Below, piece after piece: positions 1 to 11,399 of a stretch of 64,000 bases of DNA (position 1 is its first letter; every line of letters begins with the position of its first letter). The stretch comes from Pristiophorus japonicus. Lineage: Eukaryota. Made by a program: the position numbers and the translations under genes. Below the pieces are notes generated by a model. The model ran no database searches. It was not told the DNA's origin and worked only from the letters and a program-made list of their open reading frames with translations. The stretch is taken from assembly GCF_044704955.1 (NCBI RefSeq), contig NC_091999.1, positions 65,534,001 to 65,598,000 on the forward strand, read 5' to 3'.

Positions 1-700
1 GCGTGCGTGTCTTTGTGCATGAGACATAAAAACGTTAGCATGCAGGTACGGCAAGTAATCATGAAGGCAAATTGAATTTTGGCCTTTATTGAAAGGGGGA
101 CGAAGTATAAAAGCACTGAAGTCCTGCTATAACTGAACAAGGTATTGGTGAGGCCACATCTGGAGTACTGCGTACAGTGTTGGCCACTTTATTTAAGAAA
201 GGATATACTTGCATTGGAGGCAGTTCAAAGTAGATTCACTTGGTTGATTCCAGAGATCAGGTGTTTGACTTATGAAGATAGGTGGCATAGGCTGGGCCTG
301 TGCACGTTGCAGCTCAGAAGAATGTGAGGTGAGCTTATCGAAATATATAAGATAATGAGACTCTACACAAGGTGAATGCAGTGAGGATATTTCCACTCAT
401 AGGCAAAACAAGAACGAGGAGCAGAGTCTCAAGACATCTGTGTTGAGGAGGAATAGCTTCTAGCAGCGAATTGGAATCTGTGGAATTCTCTGCCCCAGAG
501 AAATGTGGAGGCTGGATCATTGAATAAAGTTAATGGCGCAGAATTACAGATTTTTAAGGGATAAGGGAATAATGGGGTATGGAGAGTGAGCAGGGAATTG
601 GAGCTGAGTCTAGGATCAGATCAGCCATAGTCTTATTGAATGGTGGAGAAGGCTCGAGGGGACAAATGGCCTACTACTTCTCCCATTTATTTTTTTTTAT
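1..700 (+). mobile_element. CR1 LINE 3' portion (degenerate)
   Basis: VRPHLEYCVQ..W.P motif, followed by the CR1 3' UTR (GAATGGTGGAG..GGCTCGAGGGG..AAATGGCCTACT). Confidence 0.85.
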
Positions 701-1321
701 GTTCATTCTGTTATTCTATTTCTCAGCGTTTATCACTCACCACCTCATGTCTCCTGTTTTTATGTCTAATTCTGTCTTTATTTGTCTTTTTATCATTCTT
801 TATGGGCACCATAAATAAAAGCTTAGAGTTCAAAATTGAACACACGAATACAGCTGGGGCCTACCTATCATTTATGAAGCTTTAGCCATAATGTCCTGGC
901 TCCAGCATGAAAATAGTGGGCAAAAGATATTAGTATGTTCTCCCATTAGAGCTTATGTCGCTTCTGAGAAAGTAATGAAGCGTCTATTGTGCCACATGAA
1001 CCTCCCTTTGTTGTGGTTACAATTAAAACCCAGGGAATACTTTCCAGCCCTACATCCACGAAAACTTCTTTCCCTGCATCTATCTCATGTAATCTGGAAA
1101 AGCTGCCTGGAGCATTTTTACTTCTCACGGCAACTTTCAGCTTTCAGTCCAGTCCCGCTCCTTTATTTTTACACGAGACCTCGCATCTGTTTTTATCACT
1201 TGCCCGTGTTATTCTCAAACCAAATTCCATTTGCGCTCCACTACACACCCTCCTGGTAATGTTACACCAACTGGGCATCTATTATGTAGAGACAAAGGAT
1301 CATGAGGAGTATGTTATAGTC

Positions 1322-2370
1322 ATGAATCATAGAAATTTACAGCTTAGTAGGAGGCTATTTCGTTCCATCATATCTGCGTCGGCAGACCAACAGCTATCCA
1401 GCCTAATCCCAGTTTCCATCTCTTGGTCCGTAGCCTTGTAGGTTTCGACATTTTAAGTGCACATCCAACTATTTTTTCAATGTGGTGAAGGCTTCTGCCA
1501 TCCTTTCAGACTGTGATTTACACGCACCCACCACCACCTGGGTGAGTCCATTTCTGCTTAACTCCACTCCAAACTTCCCCCCAATTACTTCAAATCTATG
1601 CCCCCTGGTTGTTACCCATTTGCCAAGCGAAACAGGTCCATCCACGCTGCTGTTTTTTCACCCCTCTAAATGTTATGTACCTCAATCATGTCTTCCCTCA
1701 GCCTCCACTGTTCCAAAGCAAACAGATCCAGCATCTCAAATCTTTCCTCAAAGCCAAAATTCTCAAGTCCATGCAACATTCTTGCAAATCTCCTCAGCAC
1801 CCTTTCCAGTGCAATCACATTTATCCTGTAATGTGCTGCCCAGAAATGCACAGAATACTACAGATGTGTCCGAACAAGTGTTTTATACATTTCAAGAATA
1901 ACTTCCTTGCTCTTGTATTCCATGACTCGACGAATAAAGGCAAGTATTCCTATGCCTCCTAACCACCTTATCTACCTGGCCTGCTATATTCAGGGCTTGT
2001 GCATCAACACGCCAAGGTCCCATTGATCCTCTACACTATTCAGTGTCATATAATTTAATGTTTATTCCTTGCCTTGTTGGACCACCTTATGTGTATTACC
2101 TCACACTTATCCACTTGCTTCTGTTTTGCCCACCTGAGTAGTACATTGGTACCTCCAGCAGTCCTCAGCTTTATTCATCATTATCTATCACACTGCCTAT
2201 TTGGGTTTCCTCTGCAAAACTCTTAATCATATGCCCAACATTCAAGACCAAGTTATTAAAACAGAATACAAAAAGCAACGGACTGAGTACTGAGCCTTGC
2301 GGAACTCCACTGAACACAGCCTTCAGGTCGCAAAAGCACATTTTCAACAATTACTCTTTGCTTCCTGTTA
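1322..2370 (-). mobile_element. CR1 LINE 3' fragment
   Basis: Reverse translation ALERVLRRFARMLHGLENFGFEERFEMLDLFALEQWRLREDMIEV; tail CATAGAATCATAG-like. Confidence 0.8.
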
Positions 2371-2384
2371 GCTGGCCTGTATTT

Positions 2385-2505
2385 ACTCAGTATTGGCACC
2401 TGGAGACTCGGCATAGATTATGTGCTCGGGTCTCTGCATTGGGAACTTAAACCACGATTACCTGACTGAGGTGTGAGAGTTCTGCCACTGAGCCAAGACT
2501 GACAT
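2385..2505 (-). mobile_element. tRNA-derived SINE head (paralogous copy at ~51505-51610, +)
   Basis: TTGGCTCAGTGGCAG A-box-like motif, degenerate B-box, then GAGCACATAATC. Confidence 0.6.
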
Positions 2506-2509
2506 GATC

Positions 2510-3145
2510 TGTTCCCTGGTCCCATTACACAATACGGTGCCTGTGTTATTACACTAACCCCACACATTCATTCTGATGTGGGCCTTCACTCTGTTATTAG
2601 ACATCAGACAAAGCATTTGCAGTTATAACGACTGGTGACTTGCAAACAATATTATATAAGATCTAATCTTTGGGTGTTTTTTGCACTAGATATTGCCTTT
2701 GCTATCTTCACACGAAATTCAGCCTTGTGTTTAGTATAACACCAGAATCTGGCTCTATTATTGTTGGACCACACCCTGTCTTTGCTATTCTTACGTTGGG
2801 CCATTCGTTTGCTGTTATTAAGCTGGACCCTGTCTCCACTCTTACCCTATGAGAATCTGTCTCTGGAATTGGTACACGAGACACGTGCTCTGCTATTATT
2901 GTAAAATGACCTGCCTCTGTAATTTTAGTTCAAATGCACGCCGCTATTAAAGTAACTCGAGAGCTTGTCTGTGTTGTATTCAAAAGAGTAGGTTTCTAGA
3001 ATTGGTAAAGCAGACCTGGCTTCTTATATTGTTACAATTACACCTCTTTTAGTTATTATTGTACAATATATTGTTTTTATTATTATTACTTAAAGACTTG
3101 TTTCTTCTAATTATACCCTGGATCTGCCTCAGTTATCAATGCAAC
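2510..3145 (-). repeat. Degenerate 27-bp minisatellite array (reverse orientation)
   Basis: 27-nt periodic CCCTGTCT..TATT..AC..GA units, a diverged reverse form of the array at 4225-6110. Confidence 0.6.
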
Positions 3146-4224
3146 AGACCAATCTCAAAAATGTATGAAGAAGTTGGTGACGAAACAGTGAAGTTAGCAT
3201 TCACAAAAGGAAGGCTTTGGAGACGGAAAGAGTGTAACTACTCTGGAAGGAGCAAACATGTAATTCCTTTCCAAAAGAAGGTTAAAATAAGCCAGCGAAT
3301 TCCATTTTTATTTTCAGACATAGGTACATTTTCATATTTACCATCAATTGCACCAATCATCACATTCTGAAATAAATAGCTGGAGCTTTTTTTTGATGGA
3401 GAGGTGATCACTGCAGAATAAAGCGCAAAGACTGGTGGGTGGTTGCTAATTATCCTCGGTGTGATTTATTTCATTTTCACACCGAATACTGTAGACAGAC
3501 ATGTGGGCTTTGTTAACGGGATGGTCAGTGTGACATATCTTTAGAAGCAAGACAATGGGTTACCAGTAAATATTAAAGGTATGAAACGATCTGAAGCTAC
3601 AAAATTGTGGAAAATAATTGGTAAATATAATCATATATGTCTGTGGAATGTGCTTGTACATATTCCGAATGATATGATTTGTAAACACATACAGCAAACA
3701 CTTTGTGGGTGCTCTTTTCAGTAGTTCCTCTTAATCGAATAAGGGCTGGTGTAGCTTGTGGATATATACGGCGGTCCTGTGACATCAACGTTCCAGGCTC
3801 TGACGAATACAATCGCTGGATCCCGTGAAAGTGCAAAAGAAAATACTGCAGCAAAAACAATCATAACAGTAAAATCGAAGAGCAAACGGCACAGGATAAC
3901 ATACGTGTGAATTTGTAAACATTAACAGAGTTTGCTACTAATTAGTGCAACGAGCAGTGAATTCCTCAACTGTAGACCTGTCCCTCAAATCCCAATCCAT
4001 CAAGAAGATTGTTCCAAGATTTGCCTGTTCTTTCAACACAAGTGGTACCGAAATAATGCACATAAGTTAGAAGTTGCATACAGCTGCTGATAGTAAATAA
4101 CAAAAATAAATGCATGTTTCTACAATAAAAACCATTCTTCCTTCCACCGAAGCAAATCATTCTCTCTGTACATCACTATTCATCTATCCCTCCATCAAGC
4201 ATCTGTCCATCAATCTACCAGACA

Positions 4225-6110
4225 GGCTGCAGTTTAATATAAATAGAGATAGGGTATAGTATAATATAAACAGAGACATGATCGAGACTAATATAAACAG
4301 AAACAGTGTCTAGTGTAATTTAAACAGAGACAGTGTCGAATATAATATAAACAGAGACATGATCAAGAATAATATAAACAGAGACAGTATCTAGTATAAT
4401 ATAAACAGAGACATAGTCAAGTGTAAGTTAAACAGAGACAGGGTCCATGGTAACATAAACAGAGACAGCATCAAGTGTAATTTAAACAGAGACAGGGTCT
4501 AGTGTAATATAAACAGAGACAGGGTCTAGTTTATTGCAAACAGAGGTAACATCAAGTGTAATATAAAGAGAGACAGGGTCTAGTGTAATATAAGATAGAC
4601 AGGATCTCGGTTAATATAAACAGAGAGAGCATCAAGTGTAATTTAAACAGGGACAGGGACTAGTTTAATATAAACAGAGACAGGTTCTAGAGTAATTTAT
4701 ACAGAGACAGGGTGTAGTATAATATAAACAGAGACGGAGTTCATGTGTAATATAAAAAAAGACAGGGTCTAATGTAAAATATACAGAGAGAGGAACTAGT
4801 GTAATATAAACAGACACAGATTCTCGTGTAATATAAACAGAGTCAGTGTCGAGTGTAATATAAACAGATAAAGGAGGTTGTCTAATATAAAAGAGACAGA
4901 GTGACGTGTAAAATAATCAGAGACATGATCTAGTGTAATATGAACAGAGATAGTGTCCTCTGTAATGCGAACAGATACAGGATCTTGTGTAGCTTAAACA
5001 GAGACAGGGTCTTGTGTAATATAAACAGAGACATGGTCTCAGGTAATATAAACAGAGACAGCATCACGTGTAATTTAAACAGAGACAGGTCTAGTTTAAT
5101 ACAAACAGAGACAGCATCAAGTGTAATTTAAACAGGGATGGAATCGAGTGTAATATAAACAGAGACAGGTTCTAATGTAATTTAATAATAGACAGGATCT
5201 AGGATAATATATACAGAGACAGGGTTCAAGTGTAATATAAAAAAGACAGGGTCTAATGTAAAATACACAGAGACAGGATCTAGTGTTATATAAACAGATT
5301 CAGTTTCTAGTGTAATATAAACTGAGTCAGTGTCGAGTGTAATATAAATAGATAAATGACGTTGTCTAATATAAACAGAGACAGGTTGCCGTGTAATATA
5401 ATCAGAGACGGGGCATAGTGTAATATAAACAGAGACAGGATCTAATGTCATATAAACAGGGACACCGTCCCGTGTTATATAAACTGAGACAGGATCTAGT
5501 GTAACATGAACAGAGACATGGTCCGGTGCAATATAAACAGATCTGGGTCTCCTGTAACATAAACAGAGGCAGGGATTGATGTACTTTAAAGGGACATGGG
5601 CTCGTGCAGTAATAAATAAGTCAAGGCTTAGTGTAACATAAAGTGAGACAAGGTATAATGTAATAAAAACAGAGCCAGGGTCTAGTGCAAAGCAAAGAGA
5701 GACAGGGCCTAGTGCAGGAATAACTGAGACATGGTCTAGATTTCATAAAGAGAGACATAATCTAGTGTAATATAAGCAGAGAAAGGATATCGTGTAATAA
5801 AAAGAGTGACCAGGTCCACTGTAATATAAACAGAGACAGGGTCTAGTGTAATATAAAAAGAGACGAGCTCTAGTGTGCTATAAACAGAGACTGGATCTTT
5901 TGTAATTTCATCAAAGGCAGATTGTGGAATAATGTAAACAGACGCAAGGTGCAGTGTAACATAAACAGGGACATGGTCTTGTATTTTATAATCAGAGTCA
6001 GTGTCATATAAACAGAAAAATGGTCGAGTGTAATACAAAAAGGGAGCATATCTAGTCAGTATAATTGATACAGGGTCTAATGTATGTTAAATATAGACAG
6101 GATCTAGTTT
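4225..6110 (+). repeat. 27-bp minisatellite array, consensus TAGTGTAATATAAACAGAGACAGGGTC
   Basis: Tens of head-to-tail units with no unique spacers. Confidence 0.95.
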
Positions 6111-7440
6111 TGCAACTACACATCAGGCATTATTGGGAAGAAAACTGAATGACACCATAAATCATCATTTAGAAAGCCGCGGATTAATCACGGCCGACTT
6201 AGCATGGATTCGCTTATGTAAGGTCGTGTCTGACTAACTTGATTGCATTTTGAGGAGGTAACAAAGAGAATAGACGAGGATAAGATCTTTGATGAATCGT
6301 CATGGATAGTAGCAAGGCTTTTGGCAAGGCAACGCAAGGCCGGTTGTTCAAAAAAGTAAATACCCATGGGATCCCTGGGAAAGTTGCAAGTTGGATTAAA
6401 AATTGGCTCATTGGTACGAAGCAGAGGGTAATGGTCGATGGGTGTTTTTGTGACTGGAAGGCTGTTTCCAGTGGTGTTCCACAGCGCTCAGTACGAGGTA
6501 CCTTGCCTCTTGTGGTATGCATCAATAATTTAGAATTCAATGTTGGGGGCATGATTAAGACGTTTTCAAATGATACACAAATTAGAGTGTTGTTGAAAGT
6601 GAGGAATGAAGCTCTAGATTGCAAGAATGTATCAGTGGACTGGTCAAGTGGGCACAAACGTGGCAATTTAAATTTAATGTGAGTGTGAGCTAATGCATTT
6701 GGGGATGGCTAACAAGGCAGGGGAATGAACAATCAATGGTAGGATACTGTGCAGATCGAGGAACAGAGGGACATTGGAGTGCGTGTCCACAGATCCCTGA
6801 AGGTAGCAGGACATGTTGATCAGTTGTTTAAGAAGGCATACGGGAAACTTTCCACTACTAGCCATGGTTTACACGATAATATCAGGGAGGTTCTGCTTGA
6901 ACTTTATAAAACATTAGTTAGGCCATAGCTAGATTATTGCTTATAGTTCTAGACACCACATTACAGGAAATAATTGATTGCACTCGAGAGGATACTAAGG
7001 AAATTTACGAGAATGTTTCCTGGATTGGATAATTTTAGTTATGAGAGGAGATTGGATCTGCTGGGTTGTTTTCTTTTGAACCGGGAAGACTGAGGGGAGA
7101 CTTGATTGAGGTGAATAATTATGAGGGGCTTAGATAGGGTGGATAGGAAGGACCTAGTTCTATTCGCAGAAAGGTCAATAATCAGATGGAAAAGTATAAA
7201 GTATTTGGTAGAAAGTTTAAAGAGGAGTTGAGGAAAACATGATCGCCATGGGGTGCTGTGGGTCTGGAACCCACAGCATGAAGGGCTGGTAGAGGAAGGA
7301 ATCATAAAAATTAAAATGTGCTTGGAAGTGGACTTGAAGTGACGTAAACTATAGGGCTACGGAGCAAAAGCTACAAATTGTAATGAGTCTGAATAACTGT
7401 TTTCGGCTAGTGTGGACGTGCCTATGATTCTTTGATTCTA
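6110..7440 (+). mobile_element. CR1 LINE RT/3' region (degenerate)
   Basis: SKAFGKA..GRL..K..HGI.G..W..NWL..KQRV, SGVPQ motifs; tail TATGATTC-like. Confidence 0.85.
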
Positions 7441-8129
7441 TGGCAAAATTTCAGACCTTTGATCACCTCCATCAAATTCATCTTCTAACGTCTCTGCTAT
7501 ACATAATACAAACCCAGCTTCTCTAATCTCGGCATAACTGAACTCCCACAACGCTGATACAATTCATGTCAATCTCCTCTGCACCTCTCCAAGACTGTGA
7601 CAATCTTCCTAAAGCTTGGATTTCAATAATGTCAATCTTTAATGTTCCTTCCGGTTAATTCTAAGGCTCTAAGGATACATGTGGTGCCTTGCAATTGGAC
7701 AGAGCAGTAATCTGAATATTATTAATGTTGATAACAATGATACTACGTGTTTGGCCGAGCGGACGGTGAATGATGTACTCAGCAACATCGACTTCTGCCT
7801 GACTCATGTTACAATAAGGTCACTGTCGCCACCTGTTGATCATAAACATCTACTGCAGGCGCTAGAGTTGTCTTTGAATAATTATTAAAAATTACAGGCA
7901 CAGATACGTGGTTTGCCCAGTGACATTTATACAGCGGCGTTTCTCACACCAAACCACTGTAGTGCCAAGAGAGCTAAGAAAATTCGGATTGGAGGGCACA
8001 AAATACTGTTATAATTTCTGAGGAGGTTTTCTTGCGAAGTTGCGAAGATATTTACAGGAAAAGGTTATGGTCAAAGCATCACGCACAAACCATTTCGAAT
8101 GGTGGTGGAAGAGGAACAACTGCCTCTTG

Positions 8130-11100
8130 AAGGGTAGAATAGTGGCCATCTGACTGGACTAGTAATCAAGGGGCGTGGGCTAATGATCCAGTAGACCTGA
8201 GTTCAAAGCCCACCACGGCAGCTGGGGAACTTAAATTCCATTCATTAAATACATCTGGAATAAAAATCTAGCATCAGTAATGGTGGCCGTTACTAGAGGA
8301 TTGTCGTAAAACCCCATCTGGTTCAACAATGTCCATTAGGGGAGGGAATCTGCTTTCCTTAATCTGTCTAGCCTATACCTGACTCCCTACCCAGAGCAAT
8401 GTGTTTGAATCTTAATTGCCCTCTGAAATATCTTAGTAATGACACCAAACCGCTACAAGAAAAGTTAATACGAATAAAATCGTAAACACCACTTGGCATC
8501 GACCGCGGCACCAGCTATGTACACGACAACGGTTCAATCCTACTAATCCGTTCTTCACTAACATCTGCGGACCTGTGCCAACATTGGGAGAGCTGTCACA
8601 CAGAAGAGACAAGCAACAGCCCGACATAGTCTTTCTCATAGAATCATACCTTCCAGCCAATGTTCTAGACTGCTCCATCACAATCCCTGGGTAAGACTTA
8701 TCCAACCCGCATTGGTATACAGTGCGGAGGGAGTGGCCCTGGGACTCCTCAACATTGTGTCCGGACCGAATGAAGTCTCATCGCTTCAGGTCAAGCATGG
8801 GCAGTGCAACCTCCGGCTGAAAACCATCTACCACCCTCCCTCAGCTGAAGAATCAATAGTCCTCCATATTGAAAACCACTTGGAAGAAGCACTGAAGGTA
8901 ATGTAGTGGCTCGGTAGTACCACCACTGACCGAGCTGCTCGAGTCCCGAAGGACATATCTGCCAGAATGAGCCTGCGCCAGGAAGTGAGAGAACAAACAC
9001 AGGGTGGAAATCTACTGGAGCTCGTCCACACCAATCAACCTGTCCTAGATACATCTGTGCATGACAGTATTGGGAGCAGTGACCACCTCACGTCATTGTG
9101 GAGCTAAAATCCCGTCTTCAATCTGAGGACATAATCTATTGTGTTGAGTGGCACTACCGCCGTGTCAAATTGGATAGATTTAGAAGAGAGCCAACATCTC
9201 TAAACTGGGCATCCATGGGAAATTGTGGAGCAGCAGCAGGAGATTTGTACTCCATCAAATCTGTAACCACATGGCCCGACATAGCCCTCATTCTACCATT
9301 CACATCACTCCAGGAGACCGAAACTAGTTCAAAACAGAGCACAGAAATGCTTGCCTGGAACAGTACCACGTGTACCTAAGCAGGAGGAGCCAACCTGGAG
9401 AGGCTGCAACAGACGAGTATATGCATGCTAAACAGCGAAACCAGCATGCCTCAGACAAAGCTAAGCGATCCCACAATTAACGGACCAGACCAAAGCTCTG
9501 CAGTGCTGCCATATCCCGTTGTGAATGGTGGTGAACCATTAAACAACTGACGAGAGGAGGAGGTTCCATGATTATCCCTATCCTCAATGACGGCGGAGCA
9601 CAGCACTGATGTGCAAAAGGCAAAGCTCAAAAGTTTACAATCAACTTCAGCCATAAGAGCCGAGTGGATAATTCAGTCCTCATACTCCTGAGGTCCCGCC
9701 ATCAGAGAAGCCAGTCTTCTGCCAATTCGATTAATTCCGCGTGATATCAAGAAACGGCTGAGTACACGGGATATAGCAAAGACTATGGTCCCAGAAAGCT
9801 TCCCGGCTGTCATGCTGAAAATTTGTGCTGACACAACTAACTGCGCCTCTAGCAAAGCTGTTCCAGTACAGCTACAACACCGGCATCTACCAGAATGTGT
9901 GGAAAACTGGCCAGGTATGCCCTATCCAAAAAAATCAGGAGCAATCCAATCTGGCCAATTACCATCCCATCAGTCTATTCTCAATCATCAGCAAAGTGCT
10001 GGAAGTTGTGGTCGTCAGTGCTCTCAAGTGCCACATAGGTCACCAATGACCTGCTCATCAATGCTCAGTTTGGGTTCACGGAAGACTACTCGAGTCCAGA
10101 CGTCATTGCAGCTTTGTTCAAAACATGGACAACATGATTGAATTATAGAAGTGACACTGACTGCCCTTGATATCAAGCAGCATTTGACAACTTTTGGCAT
10201 CAAGGAGCCTTTTTAAAATTAAAATCAATGTGGAATCAGTTGGAAACTCTCCACTGGCTGGATTCACACCGAGCACAGAGCAAGATGGTTGTGGCTGTTG
10301 GACGTCAATAATCTCAGCGCAAGGACATGATAGCAGAGTTATTCAGGGAATTTTACGAGGCGCAGCCATCTTTCGCTGCTTCATTAATGATCTACCCTTC
10401 ATCATAAGGACAGAAGTGGAGATGTTCACTGATGGCTTCACAATGCTCATTGACATTCGCAACTCCTCAGAAAATGCAGCAATCCATGTCCGCATTCAGA
10501 AAGACCTGGAAGTCATTCAGGCTTGGGTATGTAAGTGGAAAGTAACATTTACGCAAAAAATTGCCAGCCAATTAATATCTCTAAGTCTAACCACTGTCTC
10601 ACTGATATTCAACAGAATATCCATCGCTGCATCCCCATCATCAACATTCTGGAGGTCACCATTGATCAGACATTAACTGGACCAGCCTCATAAATACTGT
10701 ATCAACAAGAAGAGGTCAGCGGCTGGGTATTCTGCAAGGAATGTCTCAGCTCCAGAATCCCCAAAGCCTTTGCACCATCTACAAGACACAAGTCAGAATT
10801 GTAATGGAATAATTTCCGCTCGCCTAGATGAATGCAGTTCCACCAAGCAACTCGACTCTATTTAGGACAATGCAACCTGTTTGATTGGTACCCATCCACC
10901 ACCTTAAACAGTCACTCCCATCACCACCGCCACACTGTGGTTGCAGTTTGTACCATCTACAAGACGCACTGCAGCAACTCACATAGGGCTTCGTCGGCAG
11001 CATGTCCCAATCCAGCGACTTCTAATACCTATCCTTATCAGCATCTCACTAACAGCACTGTAGGAGTGCCTTCACGAAACGGACTGAAGCAGTTCAAGAA

Positions 11101-11195
11101 GGCGGCTCACCACTTTCTTCCTCACGGCAATTAGGGAAGGGCAGTAAAGGCTGGTCATGCCAGCGATGCCGATATCCCATTACCGAATAGATTAA
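8130..11195 (+). mobile_element. Degenerate APE-RT non-LTR retrotransposon (second LINE family) with a tRNA-like 5' head
   Basis: 5' head with B-box GAGTTCAAAGCC, APE remnants (QQPDIVFLIESYL; VHDSIGSSDH), RT remnants (NYHPISLFSIISKVLE; FINDLP; MFTDG), C-terminal HRHTVVAVCTIYK...FKKAAHHFL, and 3' tail ..GCCAGCGATGCC..ATCCCAT. Confidence 0.8.
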
Positions 11196-11399
11196 CATCC
11201 AAATTTTTACGAGCCACAGCGCCCATGCACTATGATACCACAAGGAGCGTGCAGAACAGGGTTAAACCCCAATAACACGAATAACACGAAAGGTGCATAG
11301 GATTAAAAAAGGAATAGATTTAACAGACATCTAACAAACGATATGATAAATTACTGCACTTTTTCCATTTTCTTAGGCCGAGATGTGGGACAACCTGGA

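Larger units (their letters stand above)
1..6540 (+). repeat. Left arm of an inverted segmental duplication (partner ~48100-53990)
   Basis: Same ordered content as the reverse complement of 48100-53990. ORF-track pairs: 579-818(+)/53192-53398(-), 3059-3370(+)/50633-50959(-), 145-327(+)/53634-53864(-), 1482-1901(+)/52346-52534(-). Confidence 0.9.

Noticed and set aside
4225-6110. CRISPR-like array of ~27-bp repeats
   Set aside because: Units are head-to-tail with no unique spacers, there are no cas genes, and the context is eukaryotic.
8130-8220. tRNA gene
   Set aside because: Degenerate A/B boxes fused to retroposon body sequence; no cloverleaf.
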